This document shows, piece after piece, positions 37,001 through 48,896 of a DNA stretch of 64,000 nt. The translations under genes were made by a program, and so were the position numbers. The notes beneath the pieces are model-generated. The model saw only the letters and a list, made by a program, of their open reading frames with translations. It searched no databases and had not been told where the DNA came from. The stretch is from Takakia lepidozioides. Its lineage: Eukaryota; Plantae; Bryophyta. Position 1 is the stretch's first letter. Each line of letters opens with the position of its first letter. The stretch covers positions 24,118,001-24,182,000 of the forward strand of contig CM060734.1 in NCBI GenBank assembly GCA_030704615.1. Direction: 5' to 3'.

Positions 37001-38564
37001 TTGGCAGTGTTCGACGTGGATATCCAATACAAACCGGGACGGGACAATGTGGTGGCCGATGCTTTAAGTAGAAAGCAGCAGCTCTTGTTGGTGTACAAGG
37101 GCGAGACGGCGCTCCAAAAGAAGATCCGGAAGGCTTGCCGGAAGGATGAGCTGGCAAAGTGCGTGATGCAGAACTTGAGAATGGGGGTTAAATCGCAGTT
37201 CCACTTGCAAAACGGACTGCTCCGGTATAAGCAAAAACGTCTCTATGTGCCAAAGGGAGGGATCAGGGATAGTCTCTTGAGAGAATGCCATGATAGCCCG
37301 CTTGCGGGCCACGGTGGAGCCAAGCGCACTGCGGCACTCTTGAAGAAAGAGTATTTCTGGCCCAAACTGAGGGAGGAGGCAGAGGAGTATGTAAAGACAT
37401 GCACCACATGCCAACAAAACCGGAGCGAGTATAAAAAGCAAGCGGGGCTGTTACAACCCTTGCCGATTCCAGAGGGGACTTGGGAAAGCGTCTCGATGGA
37501 TTTCATGACTGCTATGCCGCTGTCAAAAGGATTCGATGCAATCATGGTGGTGGTAGATAGGTTCAGTAAAATGGCCCATTTCATCCCCACCAAGGAGACG
37601 GCAACTGCGCAGGAGACAGGGCGACTTTACTTCGCCCACGTCTTAAAGCATCATGGAGTCCCGAAGGATATTGTCTCGGACCGCGACCCAAAGTTTACGA
37701 GTAAATTCTGGAGAGCACTTTGGAAGAAGATGGGGACGAGGCTGAAGATGAGCACCGCCTTCCGACCTACGACGGAACGGCCAAACGGAAAGAGTGAATT
37801 CCGTAGTGAAGCAATTCTTGCGGAATTACGTGTCGGCAGACCAATCAGACTGGATGGAACACTTAGACGCGGCAGAGTTCTGTTATAATAACACAGAACA
37901 CTCCGCGACGGGAGTTTCCCCTTTTGTGTTGGTCTATGGAAAAGCACCTCTGGTGCCGACAAGTTGGGCCGCCCAGGACGTTGAGGAACCGGCAGTAGCG
38001 GCGGTACTGGAAGAACGCGAGCGTTTGTTGAAGCTCGCAAAGTACAACATTGCCAAAGCTAGGAAACGGTATGAAAGGCAGGCGAATCGGAAGCGGAGGG
38101 AAGTGAAGTTTGAGGCAGGCACAGAGGTCTGGTTGAACATCAAGAATTTTCGACTACCTCCGGAAATGAGTCCGAAGTTCGTACCTCCGTATGCGGGTCC
38201 CTTTCGCATTCGGAGGGTTATGAATGAGGATGTGTATGAATTGGAGCTGCCAGCAAACAGCAAGGTGCACCCAGTATTCCATGTCTCCCTTTTGAAGCCT
38301 TACTTCAAAGATGAAGCACGTCCGAATCGGCAGCAAGTGTTGCGTCCGCCACCTATGCTGTTGGATCATGAAAATGAACCCGAGTACGAGGTGGAGGCAA
38401 TACTTAAGTCGAGGAGGTTCAAGAACCGAGAAACGGAGTATCTCGTCAAATGGAAGGGCTATCATCTTGTGGAGGCATCTTGGGTGCGTGCCTCAGAAAT
38501 GGGAAACGCATCCGAGGCAGTTGCAGCGTTCGAAGGGCGACCTCAAAAGCGGAAGAAGCGTTGA
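34077..38564 (+). CDS. Gag-Pol polyprotein (gag, CCHC, protease, RT, RNase H, integrase, chromodomain); apparent frameshifts near 36710 and 37780
   Basis: [14 protein letters not shown]; LVDTGAS; YIDDILVYS; HDSPLAGH...CTTC; SMDF/SDRD; YAGPF; EYEVEAIL...YLVKWKGY...SW. Confidence 0.92.
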
Positions 38565-39434
38565 TGGGGACATCAACCTTGGAGCGTGGGGGAGGAAATG
38601 CATGCTTAGCCCGGTTTAGCTAGCTCAGGAATCCGATTGCAAAAACTTGTATTGTACAAAAATTTGTGATAAAGGAAATGGTTCCAAATATTGTGCGTCC
38701 TATTGTGTTTGGAATGGTGATGCATGGTGTGGTTGGCTGGTGTGTAGAATGCATGCTAGCTTACAAAAGTGGGAGAGGTAAATTGGGTTAATCGTGTGTT
38801 TGCGCAGTGCCGAAATCGGGTGACTCCCATCCAAGGGGCAAGGAAACTTGCGCCTTATTTGGGAGTTCAAGTGCTAGTGCGCACCTGGCGCGTGCGCGTA
38901 CTATAACTGCGCTACCGAGGGGGTTGCCTTGTAGTGCGGGCTAACGCGGAAGCTACGTGCTTCCGTTCACGTACTATAATCGTGTAGCCTCGGGACGAAG
39001 TCGTAGTGCGGCTTCGGCGTGTTCCCGTACCTCAGGCCAGCATTCCAAGGCGGACCCAATTGTAGTGATTGGGGCGCACGGTTGGTTCAAGGTTATCTTC
39101 CTAGTAAAAGAGGGTTCCAGGTGAACCCTTGCTCAAGGTGATGCCAAAAGCGGCATCATGAGCGATCGCAAGCAATGTTGTTGCAGTAAGGCGATTCGAT
39201 CCTCGGGGAGGATCGTTCCTTGGCCTTGAAGTAGGCCAAGAAGAGTGCACTGGGAGGAGCTGGAGAGGCTCCACCCTTGGCCGGGACTTGGAGGAAGTCG
39301 GCCGAACTAGCTAGTGGAGAGTGGAGTCAAGTGTGGGGTTTGGTTCTTTGCCATGGGACGCCACAACTTGGATGTTCGTTTCTACAAAATGGACAAGTCG
39401 ATGAGGACATCGACTCCCTGTTGGTAGGGGTGTG

Positions 39435-40158
39435 TGTCGCGGCCCTTTGCCTTGAGGGCAGGGGGTCGGGACACATGAGGGGCTGCCCCTGTGGTGGGGG
39501 CAGCGGCAGCGATAGGTATGGGGGGCTGAAGCACCCTTGAGTGCCCAAGGCACTCAAGGAGGCGGAGGCGCTCACTAGGTGGAGCCCCGCACACCGGGTT
39601 GCGGTGGAGGTGGCTCCACAAGGGGTGGTGGTAGCTTAGTGGGACTTAGTGGGGGTGGCATAGGACTCACCATGGGGTGGAGACCTCGAGGTGGGAGTCG
39701 TGGGGAGTCTTGGGACTCATCACGGTCCATTGGGGCCGCGGTGAGTGGGCCAAGACTCACCGCGACTCACCACCGGGAGTCGAGGGTTTTCGTGGTGGTT
39801 CGCCATAAAATGGCATGGCTGGTTATGAAACCCCCGCGGACAGCTACAGAAGTATATATAGGGAGTAGTAACCCCGAGAACGGTGCAAGCCCGTTGGTGA
39901 CCAAAAACTAGTGAGTAAGCGAGCGAGCCGGAAAGCGACCAAAGAGTGGGGAGCTGTTCCGGACTGCCATCTACCAAAGGGAATTCTCCTAGTCCCAAAT
40001 AGGTGGAGGGTTTAGAGGGAAGCGGAAGGGGACCGTTATGTCCCGGTGAGCAGCCGAAACTCCAAGTTGGCCCGGCGGCCAGGTTGGGAGTCAGGCGCGC
40101 GCATCAAAGCGAGTAACTATGACTTGAAGGGGAGTTTACCGAACTGAGGTGTGCGACA
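39435..40158 (+). repeat. 3' LTR
   Basis: Preceded by purine-rich GGTAGGGG; near-identical to the 5' LTR. Confidence 0.95.
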
Positions 40159-41092
40159 GGCTGGCCCGGAACTGGAAATTCGGCGCCATTTTCCAGTTCC
40201 AGGCCCTATTGCCGTTCAGGGACTTAGCCATTTTCGGCCTAAGTCCCTAGACTGGCTGGCCCTGAAGTGGAAATTCGGCGCCATATTCCAGTTTTAGGCC
40301 CTATTGCCGTTCAGGGACTTAGCCATTTTCGGCCTAAGTCCCTAGTGTGGCTGGCCCGCAACTGGAAATTCGGCGCCGTTTTCCAGTTCTAGGCCCTATT
40401 GCCGTCCAGGGACTTAGCCATTTTCGGGCTAAGTCCCTAGACTGGCTGGCCCTGAACTGGAAATTCGGCGCCCTTTTCCAGTTCCAGGCCGTATTGCCGT
40501 TCAGGGACTTAGCCATTTTCGGGCTAAGTCCCTAGACTGGCTGGCCCTGAAGTGGAAATTCGGCGCCATATTCCAGTTCCAGGCCCTATTGCCGTCCAGG
40601 GACTTAGCCATTTTCGGTCTAAGTCCCTACGGTGGCTGGCCAGGAACTGGAAATTCGGCGCCGTTTTCCAGTTCTAGGCCCTATTGCCGTCCAGGGACTT
40701 AGCCATTTTCGGGCTAAGTCCCTAGGGTGGCTGGCCCGGAACTGGAAATTCGGCGCCGTTTTCCAGTTCTAGGCCCTATTGCCGTCCAGGGACTTAGCCA
40801 TTTTCGGGCTAAGTCCCTAGGGTGGCTGGCCCGGAACTGGAAATTCGGCGCCGTTTTCCAGTTCTAGGCCCTATTGCCGTCCAGGGACTTAGCCATTTTC
40901 GGGCTAAGTCCCTAGACTGGCTGGCTCTGAACTGGAAATTCGGCGCCATTTTCCAGTTCCAGGCCGTATTGCCGTTCAGGGACTTAGCCATTTTCGGGCT
41001 AAGTCCCTAGACTGGGTGGCCTTGAAGTGGAAATTCGGCGCCATATTCCAGTTGTAGGCCCTATTGCCGTTCAGGGACTTAGCCATTTTCGG
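40159..41092. repeat. Intronic 95-bp tandem array (~10 units; first part at 33160-33223)
   Basis: Each unit carries CTGGAAATTCGGCGCCRTTTTCCAG and the hairpin AGGGACTTAGCC-ATTTTC-GGCTAAGTCCCT. Confidence 0.92.
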
Positions 41093-41959
41093 ACCTCATT
41101 GTGTTTTTCATGAATGCAGGTACTGTAAGTTCTCCCTTTTGGAGAAAGGTCATCTGTCTTTCGAGCCACCATTCTTCCTGGCATGGAGGAACCCTGGGGC
41201 TGACTCCATGTACACTGACGATATTGTGAAGGAGTGGCATCTGGAACATTTGCGTGATTGCCCTTGGTATGTGGACCTTCCGCCCGGCTCGCTCGACCCA
41301 TCCGAGTTTCAATTGAAGCTGGATGTTGAATTCCGACGAAACCGGGCTCCGCTGCCTCCGTTGGGTGCAAAAGAGGCAAAAGCGCTTGCGAACTCCAGGA
41401 AAGCGGCAGAGCTTGCTCAGGTAGGAATTCAGGAGAAATTGCATGAGAAGAGTAAAGGTCAAAGGAAAAGGACAAGGAAACAGGTGACTGCAGTAACACC
41501 CAAAAAGAAGAAAACCATCGGGGCATCGGAGGAGGCGCAGGAGGGGACCCAAGAGAGTGACTCCGACGCCGATTTTGTTCAAGGTCCTGCGACTGCTGTT
41601 GCTCCTACCCAGTCACCGGTCGTCCGGGTTCCCAAGTCAGTTCGGAGTGGGACTGGCTCTGCCAAGAAGTTGGCATTTGAGGGCGAGCCTACACGGCGGT
41701 ATTCGGCGGTGACGTTTACGCACAGGCCAAAGCTAGAACCTCCAACCATCATCCAATGCGTCAATGAGAGCTTCCTTGACGCTCTCGCTGCCAGGGCGAA
41801 GAAGGTGGCACACAACAAGTCTCTGGCGGAGCAAAAGGGGAAAGCCAAGAAGAGGGCTGCCGGTACAGAGCCTAAAGACACCCCTGGTTTTGAAGCCATG
41901 ATGGAATTCTTCACAGCTGTAAGCACGAATTGCAAGAGCACTCGGGGGGGGGGGTTGAG

Positions 41960-42760
41960 GTGGAGAGAGCTTGCGACATGATTCTCCTCGACATTCCAGA
42001 TGGGGAGCTGCTGGAGGGCCTGGATGGTGTGCCCACCTGGAACAGGTTTACTGAGGACTACTGGAAAGCCGGGTTTGGGCTGGCGGGGATGCTTCTGGAT
42101 GACGGTGGATGTGTGGTTGTCCTTGCCACGAGAGGGAAGACCACAGAGAATGCGGTGGCAAGGTGGACACCAAAAAGTGTCACCCCGGTCCTCCTCAGAA
42201 AATGGTTCTGCATCAGTACGCAGGGGTTGCGAACAAGGGCCAAGGTGTAAGTTATCAATCTATTGCATTCACTTCAATTGTGGTGTATGTTAAGTAGACC
42301 CTGGAATTGATCCCTTCTTTGTTGGATGTGCAGACATTGGTGCTTGAGGCATATTGCTTTGTGAAGAGAGGGTCTACGTCAAATTCCGCAACGACGGTCG
42401 TCTTGTTGATGCCAATGTGGACCCTGTAACCTACGATGTCCTCTACAACTATGTGCCCCACTCTAGTATGCCGAAGGACACAAAGACAGGCAAACCGTGG
42501 CGGTACAGCCGGACCCGGAGCCCTGCTTTCATCCAAACCCTCATGGAGACGTGCTCGGATGTCCAAGGGCGGATTCTGGACCTCACATGCGGCACGGGTA
42601 AGCCTTCATGTGCTCAGTTTGTCCCCTGGCCCCATTGCAATTGCATGCCGCAAGCTATTAACGCCGCCCGCTTTGTTCCTCAGGTGCTTCAATGTGGGCA
42701 GGGACGTTGTCCGACAGGCATGTGTTCGCCTTCGAGCCAGATACTGCCCTCCACAACTCG
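41960..42760 (+). CDS. Amino-(N4C/N6A) methyltransferase-like domain exons, beta permutation
   Basis: Motif IV-like DMILLDIPDG (41975-42004), then GMLLDDGGCVVV, then RSPAFIQTLMETCSDVQGRILDLTCGTGASMWAGTLSDRHVFAFEPD (motifs X-I-II). Confidence 0.7.
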
Positions 42761-45700
42761 GAACTTGCAGCGGCTGAACGTCTGCCAAAAGAGGAAGAGG
42801 CATCCTCGGAGGATGAGGAAAAATCCGAGAAGGAGCAGGGGGAGGAAGTGGGATCGAGGCCGAGGACCCCAGTTTACGAGTGAGTGGTGGCATTGTAAGT
42901 TGCCTCCAGATTTTGTGAGGCACCTCCCTCCGCTCTCTTATTTCATTGAAAACCCTTTCTGGTTGTGCTGGTATTGACATTCTTCAAGTGGATTTGTTCT
43001 TACTGTAGATGCCAAGTACTGCCGGAGGGACGTCTACACCGGAGTTCATGGGCAGGAGGAACGTGCCTTTTTTGGCCAGGGGGGATTTCATGCCTAGTCC
43101 AGAAAGGGAGTACATCCTTCCTACTTATGCTGCCCGGCTTGCTTCGGTGTCCATTAGGAGGTGTCCGAACGTAGTCGTGTACAGCAGATTTTAGACGAGG
43201 CAAGCCTCAAGAAAATGAAGATGAGGGAGGAGCAGCAGCTATTAGAGCCCGTCGGGCTCGTAGATTTGTGTTGGATTCTGCTGAGGAAATGGGGGAGAAG
43301 ACGCAGAAGATTCCCAGGAGTGAGGTGGACAGTCCCCCAGGAGAGGAGACGGGATTTTTGAGAGGCATAGTGGAACTGATGCATCACAGAGCTCGGAGGA
43401 TGAGGGGATGAGGGGGATGAGGAAGAAGGTGGGCAAGTTCCTCGGAGGGTGTAGGAGAGTAGTGCCCATTCCGGCTATGACAGTTAGAACACACTTGTAT
43501 AGACGTGGCTTGCCACAAAATTTGCAATAAAATGTTGCATTTCAAGTCCACTGGTGCCACATTCCAACTTCACATGACCCTATTTCCGTGCCTCCTAACC
43601 CTATTTCCGTGGACTCACAATGGTCTGCTCATGCTTTTTTTTTTTTCCGCTCATACTCATGCCCTCATGCTCATGCCGCTCATGAAATAGCAGCCCCCGA
43701 ATAGATGATCAATTACCAGATGCGAGTCTATTTGCAGTGAGGTGCAGGGAAGTGCAGATGACTGGTTAGATTGGCAGTGGCCAATCAGATACTACCTTGC
43801 TCATGGTCAGTGCCCACCTAGTTTATGGTAAGGAGCAGAGGAAGAGAATCGCTATCAAAGCTTTACCTTATACTATGGTAGGAAGCAGAATGTATAAGCT
43901 AGGACCTGATGGAGTACTAAAACGATGCTTGTACCACCATGAAGTAAATAAAGTTTTGGAGGAAGTTCATAAAGGAGTGGCTGGAGGTCATTTTGGAGAA
44001 GAGACTACCAGTAGGAAGATCTACTCGCAGGTTACTGGTGCCTACTTTGTTAAAGATGTACACGAGTATTGTCAGAGTTGTGATGAATGTCAGAGGCTAG
44101 GACCTTTGCAGAGATCTGGAAGGATGCCTTGCATCCTACAATGCCTACGGAACCATTTCAGAAATGGGGACTAGACTTTGTTGGACCGATTAACCCACCA
44201 GCCAAGAATACACGGAACAGGTACATAATTACAGCCACACCGATTATACTACGAAGTGGGTGGAAGCTAAAGCTTTGAGGGACAACACAGCCAAGTCCAC
44301 AGCAAGGTTCCTATACGAGACCTACTTATACGATTTGGCTGTCCCCTTAGAATTTATCAGTGATCAGGGAAGTCACTTCATGAATGAGACCATTGAGTTG
44401 TTGACTAAAGAGTTCATGATTGTGCATAGAAAGAGTACAACATATTACCCACAGGGTAATGGGCAGGCAGAGGCTACCAACAAAATACTATGCACTATCT
44501 TGGCTAAGATAGTCAATGCAAACAGAACGGATTGGGATACAAAGCTGTTGACAGCTTTGTGGTCATACATGACTTCCTATAAAGTCACCACTAAGTATAC
44601 ACCATTCCAATTAGTTTATGGTATGGAAGCCTTACTTCCAGTGGAATTCCTGTTACCTACCATGAGAACGGAGTGAGAAAGAGAATGGAATTGCAAGATT
44701 CCATTAAGGTCAGGAAACATGAATTATACCATGTGGAAGAAGTACGTGCTGATGCAGCTGATAATATGACCAGAATTCAGATGAAGAAGAAGGAACAGTT
44801 TGATGAAGGCAAGTTAAAAACTTTTAAGACGGGAGATTGGTTCTATGGTTGCAGAAAAAGGAAAGATTAAAGCTTCTAAGCTTAAATCACCATGGAAAGG
44901 ACCTTATGTCATACAAAAGATGTATGATAACAACACCGCCTGTTACAAACCATTAACAAAGAAAGGCTGGGAAGAGTCAATGCCAATAAGTTGAAGGGGT
45001 ACAGTGGTATCCATGACAAACCCATTGCAGCATGATTTGCATGTTGAAACGCAAGAGTAGTCACGGGCTGCACCAGTGTTATGAACGGAGTATGGAGCAC
45101 TTGTCGCTAGGCCGCGCATATATGACCAGGGTGGGCAAAAACAAGCGTGACACAGCCTATCACAGCCCATCAAGGCGAACCACAGCCTATCACAGCCAAT
45201 CACAACGTGACACAGCACATCACAGCCCATCAAGGCAAAGCACAGCCTATCACAGCCCAGCACGGCGCAACACAGCCTATCACAACCTACCACAGCGTGT
45301 CACAGCCTATCACAGCTTACCACAGTGCATCACAGCCTATCACAGCGTACCACAGTATGACATAGCCTGTCACAGCTCAACACAGCCTACTAGGGTTACA
45401 CGATCCATAGAATCAGTGACAGGTGCACGCATAATAACTTCAGGAAAATGGCTGACGGAAGAAAAGACGGAAAACCAGTTTAAAAATAGACACGTGGAAG
45501 TCAGGGCGCGACACACAGCTGAGAAGGAAGTGCAAGAACAGGTGTCATAAAGAAAGAGGACAAGAACGGCCATCAAAAGGGATGAAAGGCGGGCCCATTA
45601 ATGGATACGGAAAAAGGGGAACGGAACGAACGGCAAGTACAGAAAAGTGAAATTCTTGTCACATGTGTGATCCTACTGGACTATCCAGCAAGGAAAGTCC

Positions 45701-48700
45701 ACTAAAGAAAATGAAATCTAAAATCACGTCACATCGGTTACAGCCAATGAAAGCCAAAGCAGAGAAAGATCAAGAAATTGGAGGGAAATTAAGCGCAAGA
45801 GGCGGCGTCGTTCTGAGTAACGGGCGTCTCGACGGAACAGACCATCAATGCTATAGCTTGGAAACTATGGAGGAACTAACAGACTATACGCTCGCAATAT
45901 TACTTACGCAGTGGCATAGACACGAAAGAACAGAGCGGAGCTTTTCTCTTGAGCGATGCTTGCAAGCCCCGCAGGCTTACAAGAAATTCCCCATAGCTTT
46001 TTGTGGCAACCATACGTTTATGCTTTGCGCACTACAGGCATTTTTGCAGTTGTTACAGCCAAAACATTTATGTGGGTCTAAAATGAAGAGAATGAGAGGA
46101 ATGGAGGAAATCAGGGTGAAGAGCACCACAATTCTGCAGAAACAAACGATTGCTACCCCACACAGGCGATACAGATACTGAAGGAGCTGAGATTGCAAAG
46201 ATTGCAAAGCATAGATTGGACATTACACCATAGACAGTACATGTTACAATTTTTGCAGAACTTTGAGCCAAGGACAGGAACAACAACGGTGAAGGGAGTT
46301 GAATTAGTAATTACTCCCCTATACCTCCAGCAATTGTTTCGATTGCCAGCAGGTCAGGTGCATGTGGAGGAGCACAGGGCAAGACTGCAAATAGGGGACT
46401 TATTCCAAGAAGGGTGTTTCTTTAAAACTCAGGGTTATGCTTGTACCAAGGCCGTGTACCCAGGGCTAAAGGAGGTAGGCCAGGTGTTGAATGTTCTGAT
46501 TGCCATGAAACAGAACCAACAGTATTTGAGCAGATCCTTCACGGAGGAATACTCAAAGCTTTGAAAGGACAAGAGGTAGAATGGGCGGACATAATGTACA
46601 ACGCACTGGTAGAGGAGATGAAAAGATTACAAGGTACTACCGCAAAGTCTCCTATCATAGTGTCTGGCCCAATCATTGCTCAATAATTCTTGATTCTGGC
46701 ATACTTGATGCGCAAGAAAAAGGAGATGGGAGTGTTGAGCCAGAAACCATTGCAATGGAAGAGCAAGGCTCTTCACACAGTAGGGTGGACTAACAGGGCA
46801 ACCCGAGACTAAGAGGCAGAGACGGGGAAAGACTGTAGTGGCGGATCCACTGGCTTCACGGATTCCGCATGATAATGTTTCCAAGCTCATGTGCAGGAAG
46901 GGGCACAGCAGCACAGAGAACTGCTATTACTGGAAGCAGGACCTTCAGAAAGGGAAGAGGAAAGTTACTTTAGCATCACAGCCATCACAGCCAGCTGATC
47001 GGCTTGTCACAAGGTTACCACAAGTTTGCCCATGAGTGCCACCAGAAATAATTGATTTGGAAAAAGAAGGGTTAGATATTCCAACTACAGAACAGATAGT
47101 GGCAGAAATTGAGAAGGGGGACCTTCTCTATGAATATTCTGGTCTGGTCAAGGACACAGAGATTCCAGAGGTGCAACAGTTGCCCAAGGGAAATCCCGAG
47201 GTGCATATAATACACACACCTGTGTCGGGTACCACAGGCAGAAGGTCATGACACTGCAGCACCGGTGATAGATGAAGTGGTTCAGATAGATGAAGTGGTT
47301 CATGAAAAATCCGGTGGGACAATGGCCTGATTGTTCGTGAGACATCACACTGTTGAGGAACAGGAGGAACAGCAGCAACCTCACCAATGATGACCCTCAA
47401 CAGGCAATGTTGATGAGTTCCATAGGCAGGACACTTAATTTGTTGGGGACTTATGTCAAATCCCATGTTCCAACTACCCAATTGACAGCCTTGAGAGAGG
47501 AACTCAGGAAGGAGTTTGAGGCTCGAATAACCACTGATTGTGCAAACAAGGTCGATGAGGAGGTCACTCTCAAGATGCCAGGACTTGGAAATACAGAAGC
47601 AGCTTTGCAATTGGCAAAGGAACATTGATTGAGGCAGGCCTCGCGCAAGACCAGTTGCACAAAGCACATAAGCAACAGCTATACCAAATGCAGGTACAAC
47701 ATGAAATCAAGTTGCAAGAAGTGAATGCACTACATACGGAGTTGCCGACAGTGCATGACAGGATGGCCATACAATGTTCTACACTCACAACTATGTCTTG
47801 ACCAAACTACACAAAAGAAATAAACAGTCAAGCAGAAAAAATATGAAGGCAGAAACAGAGAATGTTGAGCAAATGAAACTCATTGTCGACATGAAGAATA
47901 CAATCTGTCGCAATGAGGATACTACTTTCAAGCAATACAGGCAGATGGAAGCTGATCAAGAAAAGCACATCGTGGAGTTGCAACAAACGATCATGGCCAA
48001 TAGAAATGAAATCGCGGTCAATAACAAGGCTTGGAAGGAAGCCAATAATTTACTTGCTGCCTATGCGAATTTGGTTGAACCTCATGCAAAGCGCATGGAG
48101 GCAGTTAGAAGTGTACAAACTCAAAGAGGAGCACACTCTCAGGGGAACCACAAGCAACTTGGTGGATAACAGCTTATGCAGGTCTGGTTAGCACAAGGCC
48201 AGTGGGGGGCAAAGCCCACGAAAGCTCACCCAAAGCGAATGAATGAGCTCAGACTGCAAGTGCAGAACATTGCCACAACTACTATAGACAATGTCTATAG
48301 TAGGATAGCAGAGTTACAGGAGGATGTAGATGGACTGCAGACTCAAGTGAGGACCTCACTTCAAATATCGACAAAGAGTCTATATCCTCAGGAACAGCTA
48401 ATGGCTTCTTATTTACAAGCCAGAACTTTGGCTTTTTCAGTCTTCACAGAGGTGCAGAAAATGCCAATGATACAAGAGCTAGTACCACCAAACACCAAAC
48501 AAGTCACTGTACCAGTAGGCTGAACCTGTTGTTACTACAACCACAAAAAAACCGCAGCCACCACAGACTGAGTATGGGGCAATGCTGCTTTTAACCCACC
48601 TAAAAACTCCAGCTGGCAAGGAGTACAGTAGGGCTATGATTATGCCCTTCAACCAAATTCCCATCATGTTGGATTTGGCTTGGAAAGAATTTAGTCCTCC

Positions 48701-48896
48701 GCAGTCATTCGCACATTACTACCAAATCATGCGCATTTGGCTGCCAATGGCAACTAGGACTAAAGTTCTTCCGAACAATCGACCAATTGAGGATCATCAC
48801 TTTGCACAGTACTGGCACAAAGCAAGTACCATGTTGAGGGAATTAATTGCTTTCCAAGTTGTACATGGATTCATTTATACCAAGACCAAGGAGGTA

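Larger units (their letters stand above)
33224..40158 (+). mobile_element. Full-length Ty3/gypsy chromovirus LTR retrotransposon
   Basis: 724-bp LTRs (TGTCGC...GCGACA), TSD GGCTG (33219-33223 / 40159-40163), PBS, gag-pol with chromodomain. Confidence 0.95.
29904..43361 (+). pseudogene. Multi-exon cargo gene: basic N-terminus, disordered region, ParB/Srx-like domain, helical region, beta-class N4C/N6A DNA methyltransferase-like domain (frameshifted as assembled)
   Basis: Collinear + strand coding blocks with GT-AG introns. Intron 33095-41119 joins RLLYR|YCKF and intron 42598-42683 joins CGTG|ASMW in frame. Start and end coordinates are approximate. Confidence 0.65.
23255..43698. mobile_element. 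MULE-like transposon copy A2 with both termini; two divergent genes; nested LTR retrotransposon
   Basis: Short imperfect TIRs GAGGTTTGCTATTTCATGAGC (23255) and GCTCATGAAATAGCAGCCCCC (to 43698), with CATGAGC subrepeats at both ends. No TSD found. Confidence 0.8.

Noticed and set aside
29904-43361. Bacterial or phage contamination as the source of the ParB-MTase
   Set aside because: The domains are split by GT-AG introns and embedded within plant-type transposons.
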